From contig CAJINV010000005.1 of NCBI GenBank assembly GCA_905178155.1, forward strand, positions 6,936,580-7,000,579: a DNA stretch of 64,000 nucleotides, given 5' to 3'. Source of the DNA: Amoebophrya sp. A120. Lineage: Eukaryota > Protista > Dinoflagellata. This document shows, piece after piece, positions 11,801-23,800 of the stretch. Under the pieces are notes generated by a model. That model was not told the DNA's origin. It worked only from the letters and a program-made list of their open reading frames with translations, and made no database searches. The translations under genes and the position numbers were made by a program. Positions within the stretch are counted from its first letter, which is position 1; every line of letters starts with the position of its first letter.

Positions 11801-14800
11801 GCAAATGCCAAAACACGACTGGAAATGCCTCTCATGGAGATGCGCATTACAAATGCTTCTGTCATTGCACATGTGCATGACAGCGCCGGGGTGGCGATGT
11901 TTTTACACAGGATGTCGGCACATCGTTGGGAATTACGAGTCCTCCTTTCCGGAGAACATCGAAATCCGCACCGACCGGAAAGTGGGGAGCCATCCGCAGA
12001 AGCAGTACATCAGCGATCCGGCCAAGCACAAGGCGGTGGTCCGAATCTCGTTGAGTGGAAACGGTTGGTGGGTCCCGACAGTTGGAAAAAAAACGAAAGC
12101 GGCTGCGCCACAAAAGATGACGAAGGTGTTGAACGACCAGGATGTTCTTGACAAAACTGCTAGTACCGCTACTGAAGCAGTAGCAGAGGCCGCGCCACCT
12201 CCAGTGCTAGCGCAAGAACTACATCAAGTCGAAACCGGTCGAGGACAAGAAGAAGACTTTGATTTCTTGCTATCCGAGATCGATCAAGATGACTCCAAAA
12301 CCAACCGCGAGAAGGGGTTGATGAAAGAAACAGAGCGGCTCTTCACGGTGAAGAAGGAATTCGATGACGAGGCGGAGCGACTTTTGCGGGAAAAAGAAAA
12401 GCAGGCAGAAATTGCGAGAATACAGGAAGAGCAACAACGTCTTCTGGAGCAGACTGCACAAGGTAGTAGAGCAGGACTAGTACAGGAAGATGAAGCACAT
12501 CAAAGCTACTCCTCGGAAGAGCAACGAGTTTCCAACTCGACCGCGGGTGCAGCTGGGGGAGGTGCAGCAGCTGGAGGTGCTGATGTTTCTGGCAACGGTA
12601 CTCGGACCTCAGCGGCTTTGGCGGGCTCACCACACGGAGCGGGAAGGGCAGCAGCAGGGGCGATGGACGTAGAGGAGGGTGGTCAAGAAGGGCAGCACGA
12701 CGAGGATCGGTCGGTTATTGAACAAGACCAAGCACGCAGACCTCGGGGAGATGATGCTGGACACCAGCAGGACCAAGTTATGCACCACAATCAGCCGGAG
12801 CCAGATATCGGCGTCCAAAGGGCGGGGCAGCTGAATCTAGACCTACTAGAACAGCAGCAGGATAAAAACGCGGCCCCCGCGCGCAGCGGGACGCCACTCA
12901 CACTGAACGACGACGATGAACACAGAATCTGGATGATGCAGACGACGGATGAGAGCGGCGGGGAAAATCCAAACCAACCAGGAGGTGGAGGTGTTGGCAG
13001 ATCGACGAACAGCTCCGGAGTTGCAGGGGAGCAGGAACAAACAGTTCCGGTGATCGTCGCATCATTGATGGAAGAAATGAAGGGCAAAGAGGTCCTGCCA
13101 GAAACCGTTGCGGACGATGGGAAGAGCACGCACCGGGAACACCCTACGCAAACGGGGGCGAACCGCGGCCACAAAGTGCGGAACTGCCTCGCGGAAATAC
13201 ACGAGCAAATGAGGAACGTCAGCTTCCTATGAACTGCAAAAGTATCGTACTTCTACTTGTAAGTGTTGCAATACAAATTAGCTCAGCATGACAAATGGAA
13301 GTTGCCCTGCTGATTTAGCTTGAAAAAGAAATTTGTCTTGCATGACTGCGATTAGTACGAGTGCGATACTTTTGCACAGGATACCTCCTCGCGGCCATGG
13401 AACGAGCGAACGAGGACGCGATAAACGTGAGTTTCAGCTACCCACCGACCCCGGACCGCTGCTCGCCCGATATTACGGGATATCAAATGCAAATATGTCT
13501 GAGTCTGGAAGAGTGCAGATTTTTGTCATGCTGTTTTTGCATGACACAGCCGGTCTGTCATGAAAGCCCTAGCATCACAGATTCCGAGACCGTGCCGCAA
13601 TGCTTATTCCGCATGACAAATCCTTCTTTTTGGTGACAGGAAATGGGCACCTCTTGCTGCCTATGCATGAGAGATTTGCGCGTGCAGTGGAATTCGCATC
13701 ACAAGTTTGGACCCTTCCAGACCCAGACATATTTGCATTTGATACGGGACGAACAGACGCAAGCTCCCGGATCGCACTGCTGCTGTATCCTGAGAAAAAA
13801 GTGTTACAGTTACACATTGTGTTGCAGGCCAACCAAGACAGACAAGCTCTGTCATGCCTGAAGATATGCATAGGAGCCTCCTTTGCCATTCATAGGTGAA
13901 GGTGTTTTCCCGTAGGATTTCTGCATTGCAAGTTTTTTCTCTCATGCAGAGAAAGTTGTGTTGCTGAATTGACAACAAATCTGTAACTGTAACACTTTTT
14001 TCGCGCGATATGCTGGCTACCACTCCGACTACAAACGCTGACGGGAAGCCGAGAAGGCCTCGGTCTTTCGTTCCCAAAATTGTGATGATCGAGCCCCCGC
14101 CGGCGGAGAGAGAACCAGAACACCCTGCGGAAGCTGCAGAAGACCACAAGTCGAACCAAGAAAGTAAACAACTTCAAGAAACCACTGCAGGAGCGGAAAT
14201 AAATGCTGCCGCGGCGCAGCAGCACGACGCAACTACAGCAACAGGCGAGCAGGGGATGATGTTGAAAGGCAAGCGACAGCGACAGGCAAGTAAAAACAGC
14301 ATGAGTGAAGGTCAGCGGCGGGGACAGCAATCGCAGGATCATGTTGGGGAGCATTTGCTACACGATCAGCAGGATCCGGACTCACCAGAAGAGGAAATAA
14401 GTTATGGACAAAACAAGCAAGCCGCACAAGAAGAAGGACCACCACAGCTGCACCAGCAAATAACGAAAGTGGTCCCCGCGACGACAACTTCCTCCTCACC
14501 GAAGAAAAGCCGTGGCGGAGGAGAACAAGGACTCCTTCACATTCCAGCCGCTAACACACATTCCGTCTCAAACAGCACCACGGCTGGGCTGACCACGCTC
14601 GTGAACCACGGGGCAATGACTGGTGTAGTGGAAAACGCGGGATCCCGAGACAGTCACGTGAGTGGAAGATCCAACATGACGAGCGGCAACGCCGGACGGG
14701 CGGGAAACGCAGTGGCCGCTGCGGGAGTGGTAGTATGCATTGCAAAAGTATAATATCTTCGTCCTACTAGTACTACAGGAATTCGAATTGCAATACGAAC

Positions 14801-17800
14801 AAGTAGCTCAGCATGACAAAAAATGGAGCTTGTCAACATTCAGATTCAGCTTGAGATGGGGATTTGTGACTCCTGATTGCGATTAACACTAGTACAACGG
14901 GTTCGAAGATACTTTTGCACAGGATAGGTAGCAGGACCTCACAGTAATATGGGAAGTCCCCCGCCAGGCCCGCCAGCGACGCCCAACAATGGATCTTCTA
15001 CTAGTAGGCAAGATCTACAACTCCCGGTGCAAAGTCCAGTAATTGAACATTTACAGCACAATCCCGTCAGAGTTGTCCTGTCCCCCGCGGCGGGGAATGA
15101 CCTTCAACATCCTCCGCCCCCCTGGCCAGACATGGCGCAAAACGGCACCTCCACGAGCGGACCGTTGCAAATGCACCACCTCCCCACACCAGAGGCCTCG
15201 GAAGCGGTGGGGTCGCATGACTTGAGTTTACAACAACTAGCCTACAACACGACCAGGTCCAGTGTGGTCCTGTATCAAGTGTAAAAATGTCTGGGTCTGG
15301 AAGAATGCGCGATTTGTCATGCAGCTTTTCCATGACCCATGAGGTCTGGAATACGAGACCCAGCATGACAGATTCTTTGAGGTCTCTATCATGCCTTTCC
15401 TGCATGAGAAACTCCCTCTCAACTTGGTCAAAAGGGTACAGCTTTTGGCACTCATGCAACACAGATTTCTGCATGATTCGGATTTAGCATGACAAGTTGC
15501 AATCTTCCAGACCCAGACATTTTTACAATCCATATCCTGCCTAGTGCGACGAAAGGAACTAGTACATCCAGGGGAGGTATCCAGGAAAAAACACCCATCC
15601 CCATCCAATTTGTCATGCAAAACATGCATGAAGTCCACTACTTGTCATGCAAAAAATGGATGGGGATGGGTGTTTTTTCCTGGATAGGAGGTGGTGGAGC
15701 AGGAGGAGCTTCTGGGCCAGGTACTCGTTCTGGGATTCGAACAGGAGCAGGCAACAAGGAAGACCAGATGAACACCACACAGAGCCCTATCACGTTACTA
15801 GAGATGCAGCAGATGCAAGATCAATTTCAAGACTTGCAGCTGCTAGGTGCGAGACGTAGCCCGCGCGCAGGAGCAGGCGGAGTTCTTGTTCCTTCCTCAT
15901 CTGTGCGTGAAGATGTTGCACCCGCTGCCACCTACGCGGGGGGAATGATTGATGTTAGGTCGGGCGCTGCAGCTACGGCTCCTCGAGAGCAGGGCGCACA
16001 TCACGCTGCGGCCGCAAATAAAACTGCGGCAAGCGGAGGTACTAGCGGTAATACTAGAACAAGAAAGCAGACACGACCGCAAGTAGATGAACAAGCCGCG
16101 GCACCACCACCAGCTCCTGCTACATCAACCAACGATAACCATAACCGCGTGGAGGCGATGCTGAGTGGGGATTTAGATGATTTGCTTAACCTATGGATTG
16201 CAAAAATGTCTGGGTCTGGAAGAGTGTGAACTTGTCATGCAGGTTTTCCATGACCCTTGAGGTCTGCAATGCGGGACCTAGCGTGACAGAGTCTGTGCGG
16301 TCTCTTTCATGCCTATCCTGCATGAGAAACTCCCTCCCAACTTGGTCGAAAGTGGACAGCTTTTGGCACTCATGCAACACAGATTTTTGCATGATTCGGA
16401 TTGAGCATGACAAGTTGCAATCTTCCAGACCCAGACATTTTTGCAATCCATATAATCGCCAGTCGTTTCTGGATGGATTGCAGCGGAATTCCAGCGTCGA
16501 TGTGCACAGACATTCTAATTCCGGCGGAGGTAATACAAAAGATGTTAACCTGATGAAGCATGTCAAGAAATCCTCGGCACGAGAGGTGGAGGACCAGGCA
16601 AGAGCAATGGTGAGTCCCGATCACCATTTTCCGCAGGAGCTTGTCGGCAATAAAACTAGTATGGACGTGGAGATGCGCAATGCAACGGCAGGGGGAGGAG
16701 GGGGAGGCCGAGGTGGACTACAGAATTTTTACCAACAGCACCAAATCGGCGGAAGTTCGTCCTCTTCCGCCATGGTAGGTGGGCAAAAACTACAATATTC
16801 CCAGGACGTTGCACCAGTTGTACAACATCTTCCACCTCCGCAAAAGCCGCCCTCACATCCCGCGACCAGCGCCGCCCACGCAACAGGCGGTGGAATAACC
16901 ACCATCAACAACGTTACTGGCGGATACCATTTTTACGCCAGCAGTGCAGCCGCTGCAGCTACAACAGCGTCTATTGTGCAGAACGAAGGAACGAATGGTC
17001 CAAACCCAACAGTAAATCAAGATGAAAAACCGAAGCAGGGGGAAGTTTTGCCCCGAAATGTGAAGAACTTTGTGCATTTAGAACCGATCCACTTTCCGCC
17101 AACCATCATAACCCCGAGCTTTCCCTCCGGGGACAAGAATGTGATAAAAGAGCAGTACGGGGGGGACGACAATCACCCAGCACTTCTCCGGTTCCCCCAC
17201 ATCAATCAATTGACAGACAACACGAGGCAAACGGAGGAGCAGCGGGAATATTACAACAGTAAAAACGCGCTGCTGCATTTGCGGTTCGGCGGCCCGAACG
17301 CGGGCGAGGGGGTATCGAACTGGCGGGGGTTATCAAGTGCAAAAGTGTCTGGGTCTGGAACATTCTAAACTTGTGATGCTGTCTCTGGATTCTGAAAAAA
17401 ATTGTATTGCATGACCAGCAAGAGGGCTCCAGTTTGTGCTACGTGGAGAGGGCATTTCTCATGCTGTACAGGTATCACAAAGCGCTCTAAAATTCTGTGA
17501 TGCTACGGCATGCATCACAGACATCATGGGGCATGGAAAATATGCATGACAAACCTAGAAACCTTCCAGACCCAGACATTTTTGCATTTGATAGGGGTCT
17601 TTTAGTTACAAAGTGTACCGGGAAATTGTGGATATTGAGAAATTATTCCCCTTCCCGGTATTGGACGATATCATTGTCGACGTGAAAACGGGACAACAGG
17701 TCGACGGCGCTCAAGAAGTTCTGGAGGAAGAGTATCATGTTGAGGAGCACCGGGGGCGGCCTGGTAGCGCGATCAAGCAGAAAAGACATCAGCACGTGTC

Positions 17801-20800
17801 AAAAATAAAGCCGGAAGTGTATCTGGAGAATGGGGTTATTGTGAAGAAAAACCGGACCACGAGTCATGTTCCTGCAGATGCCCAGCAGCCACGACACTGT
17901 AGTGCTACGCCGAGTCCTCCTCCTCGCGGTTCTAGCGCTGCAACGCAGCAAGACAAGAACCAACAGAGGCAGAAAGGTTGTGCTAGCGCTCTATCTGCGC
18001 AAAAAGCGAAAAATAACTTCATCTCTGCCGAAGCGGAATTCCCCGAAGCGCTGACCGCCGCCGAGCACCATGCGCGGGTTGCGAACAGCAGTTGTGAGGT
18101 ACAACTGTTCGGAGAACAGGAGAAACCGGTACGGGTGTCCACCTCGATCGAGAATGATCTCCAGGTCCGGGCGATTTCCAACGAATATGAGAGTGCACAA
18201 CTACTTCCCCTCGTTCTCATTTCTCATGCAAAATACCTAATTTACGCATTGCCTCCTGTCACTATTATGCATGACAAGTTCTGGCAGCCCAGATAGCACT
18301 ATACTCCTGTCCAAATTAAAATTTGTCATGCAAAACCTGTATTCTTATTGACGGTTGTATTGCTGTTCATGCAATACAAATGAGGGGGAGGGGGAGTTGT
18401 GCACTGTCATAACGAAAACAGCCGGACCAGTACGGATCAAGATCAGAACTTGATGCAGGTAGATGATGGAGTGGGAGGTGGAGCTGCAGCTGCTGCGCCA
18501 TCTCCTCGTGTTCCTTACAAAGACCCACAGATGGCTGCCCTCGCAGCTCTGGCAACTACTACAGGAGTTGTGAAAACTACGGACGACAAGAAAAACTGCC
18601 TGACTCAGTCGTTGAAAAAGGCTGCAGAGGGTCGATATGCACTGCGAAAGTATCGTACTAGTAGAAATTGCATTACAAACTGCCTCAGCATTACAAATCA
18701 ATGCAATTTGTAATGCGGATTGCCTATGATAACTAGATTTGTATTGCATCTCTGCGAATACTACGAGTACGATACTTTTGCAGTGCATAGTCGAAGTGGT
18801 ATGGTAGTGATACCGTCCGTTCGCGGTATGAAAGGAGGTACTAGTAGTAGTTCCAGTCGCGGAGGAGGCGCAGCAGGAATATTATCTACAGGCGCTGGCA
18901 TGAGCAGCGCCGCGAGTTGCGCTAGTTCTTCGGCTATCAAATGTAAAAATGTCTGGGTCTGGAAGAATGCAACTTGTCATGCTAAACCTGAATCAGGCAA
19001 AAAACTGTGTTGCATGATTGCCAAAAGTTGTGCACTTTTGACCTAATCGAGAGGCAGTTTCTCATGCAGGATAGGCATCAGAAAGGTCCCGCAGAATCTG
19101 TCATGCTATGTCCTACATACCAGACCTCATGGGTCATGGAAAATCTGCATGACAAATCTGGCAATCTTCCAGACCCAGACATTTTTGCAATCCATATCGG
19201 CGTTGCCTGACAGTACCTCGTATGCATTGCAAAAGCATCGCACTAGTATGGACCAGCCATGCTCCGGCTGCCGCCGGAGCGCAAGGCTGTTGGGTCGGGG
19301 CAAGACTGTTTGCCGATAGGACCACAACCCCGCGGGCCTATGCACAACGAAACACATTGCGCCGCGCCAACCCGCAGGACCACTTGCGCGCTTCCCGCGC
19401 CTGTGGGCGCTCTGCGCAGGGAGCAGCTGCAAAGACCACCGGGGGCGAACAGAAACCGCCCGGCGGGGGAGGGTAGCGCGAGAGGGTGGCGCGAGAGGGT
19501 GCGCGAGAGGGTGGCGCGAGAGGGTGGCGCGGAAAGGCGCCGAACAAAACAGCTCCGCGAATGGCCTGCAGTGCCAAATATGGGTAGTGCCATGCGGATT
19601 CGCGCCCGCTTCTTTGTGTTTTACCCTCTCGCAGACCTCTCGCAGACCCTCTTTTTGGCCTCTTTTGGGGGTCCCCGCTAATAATCCGGCTATACTCGCG
19701 GGTAGAGGTCGACAGAGGTGGCCGAGAGGTGGCCAAGAGGGTCCGCGAGAGGTCGCCCCTTATTCGCGCCACCTCTCGCCACCTCTGTCGAACTCTCGCG
19801 CCCCCTCTTTTTGACCTCTCTGCACCCTCTGAGGCACTTAGGCGCCGCCTTAGGGTGGGTCCTTCGGCGGGCTATACTCGCGCACCCTCTCGCCGGCCCT
19901 CTCGAAAGGGGTCCCGCGCCACCTCTCCACCTCTGTCGACCTCTTTTTTACCTCTTTTGACCTCTTTTTGACCTCTCGGCCACCTCTTGTTTACCCTCTG
20001 TCTACCTCTTTTTTCGCATGAATATAATATATAGTAATTGCATTACAAATTTGCCCAGCATGAGAAATAGGATTTGTCATGCTGTTTTACCTTTAGATGG
20101 AGATTTGTAAATGCATAACTGCGATTACTACGAGTGCGATGCTTTTGCATTGCATACCTCGCTGCAGATCCAGGACCGGAAGTTTCGTTCCTCGACGAAC
20201 ACCATGCTGCCACTTTACAGCGACGAGCAAAGTAGATGCACAGGAGCTAGCAGCAGTGGCGCGGCGGGGGCCGTGGACACTGTAGACAGTTTGACGAGTT
20301 GCTGTGTGCAACATCAAGGAGCAAATAAAGGTCCTGGAAAAATAAATCATGGAGATGATCCTGCGACCTGCAAAGGAATAGGAGTAGGAAATAAGCAGGA
20401 CCACATGGAAATAGTGGAAGAAGTAGGTGGTCAACAAGACGGGAACAGTAAGAGCAACAGCGGAACAAGTGGTAACAGCTTGGAGCAGGAGGGATCGCTC
20501 ATGTCCGTTTACGACGTAGAACCTTTAGAGCAGGAACATGACAAGTCCACAAAAAAGCCCACGACGGAAAGCTGCGAAATCCAAAGTTTTCTCTATGACA
20601 ACCAAACCTCCTCGAGGCCATCTCACAACCGCCCCGCGACCAGCGAGTCGAGTCGCAACGCCACAGTGTCGGAGGGAACCGGGGTCTTGTCATCCGCCCA
20701 ATCGGGATTGAGTAGCCAAGCCAGGGAAAGCGCAAGCTCCATGTACGCGAATGAGGGTGATCTATTGATGGGCGACCACAACAACTTCCGGGGCCGTTTG

Positions 20801-23800
20801 CATTTGGGCAGTTCGGAGGGGCGGAATGAAGAGAATAGATTGCCACCGATTTTAGGCACCACCTCCAGTGGAGTTGTTCCTGCCCTAATGGGACCTCCGA
20901 CGGATACCTCAGGTGACCACGATACACCTGCAGAAGCATGCTCCTCGGGTGACAGCTACTACGCTGATATGATATCTGCGGGTTCCTCCTCACCCGCGGA
21001 TGTTGGTGGTTCAAATAATATAGCAGGAGGAATAAAAATAAATCATACGGATCATGCCTTGAATACAGCATCCGGAACCAAAACGAAAAAAACGCCAACC
21101 TGGAAGAAGATGGCACACAGTGTTTTCAACAAAATGGGCAGCAGCAAGGGTTGTGCAGTCTCAACACCAACACCTACTACTACGCCAGAACATAGTCCTG
21201 AAAAGCAGCCGGACTCCTGCTCTCTACCCTTGATGAAGAACCTAGCCGGACCACCTCCGCCCGATCATGCGGGTGTGGTCGTGCCAAAGAAATCAATGGC
21301 GTCCTCCTTTCTCGGCCGAGGTGCCGACCACAAGGCGTCTGTTCAAGTCGCGCCAATGGTGCCATCGTTGGACAGCGATAACTTCAGTAATTGCATCCTG
21401 CCTCGCGTGCCGACTTCTTCCGACGCGGACCTGCTGTCCCAGGGATCGTCGGGAACAAAAGGGAGCAACAAGTCGGGAAGTGGAGGAAGTAAAAAGGGAT
21501 CACCCGGAGGTGGAGGAGGAGGGGGGAAAAACAGTCCAACCGGGGCGGAAAAAGGAACTGTGAAGCTTCCAGCGGTAGAACAAGTACAACAAGGTACTAA
21601 TCATGCTGCTGCGCCATCGTCCTCCAAAACAGCACCAAATACTAGTAGTGGTAACAGCGCAGCCTCGAAGTTTCTGTCGCAAGCGAAGAGCAAACTGGCT
21701 GCGATGAAGACGTCGACTTTTGGCGGGACGAGCGGAACTCCAGTTGTTCCAGATTCACCAAGTGGCTCATCTCCGCACGGAAGCAAGCAGGTGCCTCCAG
21801 TAAAGGGCAAAGCTTTACGGCAAGTGACGCCGGACGATGCTCTTGAAGATTTCGCTGTGCTGAACAAGTCGAATCAACATAAAATGGATTGCGTCAGTGT
21901 CTGTGCAGATGTGAAGAATAAAGAGAAAATGATCGTAGCGGCGACACAACAACATCAAGGACGACTAGGAGGCTTTCGAGAAGGAACGAATAACGAGGCA
22001 AAAAATCTGCTGTCCCCTGCTCGCAGCCCAATCTCGTCGAAAGAGAAACCAGGTTCCTTGTCACCGTCCTCCACCGCGTCCGCGTGTGCTGGGGGAGCTA
22101 TGCAGGGTATACCAAGACAAGTCAGCATAGGGTCTGTCACTACGGGCACCGGCGGTCCGGCGTCGAGCAGCTGGGGCGGTAGTACAAGCGCAGGCGGTGG
22201 TATCAGAGTGCACAAGAACGGACCCCCTCCCCCATATTTGCATGGCATGAACAGCAATACAAACACCAGCACACGTGGAGCCTAGGCATGACAAATTTAT
22301 GCACCTGACGTAGTACAACTGTTTGGAAATAATTTGTCATGCAAACAGTGCTGCGGGGCAGCGACAGACCGGATTTGGGGTTTTGCATGACAAATGAGGG
22401 CGAGGGGGAATTGTGCACTGTCATAGGTGGAACCTCGTCCGCGCACCGCCACGGCTCGTCTAACTCAAGCAGGTTCGGAGGTCCGACGTCTACGGGCTCT
22501 GCGACGTCGGAGATATTACCCCATATGGATCAGGCCGAGGCCAACCTTGCTGCCCTGAGAGGGGGTTGTGGCTCCTTCTTGCCCGGAGTAGATGACCACA
22601 ACAAGAACCGTTCAGCAGCTGGCGAGGACAACGTCGGCCAAAAAATAGAAGTCGTGGACCACCTGACCAACCACGACACGAGGCAGCGACTCGAGGCTAC
22701 TTGTGGGACGATCAAGAACCCCACTACTTTATCGGCATCAAAAGCCAGCAGCTTGATGCATATGCAGCAGTGCGCTGCTGGGAAAATTATAGACACGAGA
22801 ATGCCGACTGCAGATCTTTTCACCACTGCGGAATTATTGCTCTCTCCGGCTTTCGACACGATTGAGAGGCAAGACGAAGATTTCGGTTTGGGCAAGACAT
22901 GCAACACTTTCATGCTGGGGCAAAAGATCTCCTACACCATCCGAACGGAAAAATTGCAACTCCCCGAACACTTCAAGGCAGACCGGGGGATAAGCGTTGA
23001 AAAAGCAAATTTGATGGAAAGACGGATGGCGCTGCAGTTCTTGGAGGAGAAAGGGAAGTTGGTGGAGTTTAAAAAGACCCCGGTGTATTTGGGGGGCACT
23101 ACACGTTGTACAACTAGAAAGGAACAAATGAAGAGCTGTGGGCCGCAGCACCAGACAGTAGAACAGAATCAGCATGCGACATCTTCATCAAAGTGGGCGA
23201 AGGTGGTACCTGTCAAGAACGGAGAGGATAATACGGATTCTCGGCGAAAAACAAATGAGGCATCTGTTTGTCCTGCGGTGCGGCACATGGAACTAGATAA
23301 GGACGAGCAGCAGGAAATCAGTTGCGAAGAAGAACGCGAGGACCAGGACATTATTTCCAATATCGACGATGCCGTGGTGATACGAATCGCAAAAGTATCG
23401 TACTAGTACAAATTGCATTACAAATTTTCGCAGCATGAAAAATTGAATTTGTCATGCTGTTTCACCTTGGAAACGGAAAGGAAATTTGTCATGGTGCATA
23501 CCTGCAATTAGTACGAGTGGGATACTTTTCCACAGGATAAGTGAATTTCTGTCCGTCAGTCGGGATGAGCACTACTATTGCGGCTGCACAAGCTCAGCAG
23601 GAAGGAGATGGAGCGCAGCAAGTAGATGTAGAGCCCGAGGAGCATGAAAGAGAGTACAGTTTCCGGCAACTGATCCGAATTCCCCAGGAGCTAGACCCGT
23701 TGGTAAAGCGATCCATTGAGCTGAAACAACTGTTTCTGAAGTGGCTACTGGCAAGCGATTTCATGGAGAAGTTGAAAAGAGAAAAGCGGGAAATATGAAT

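Noticed and set aside
15273-19196. Recurrent TGTCTGGGTCTGGAAG repeats as a CRISPR-like array
   Set aside because: They are inverted pairs at element ends with irregular spacing, not direct repeats with uniform spacers.
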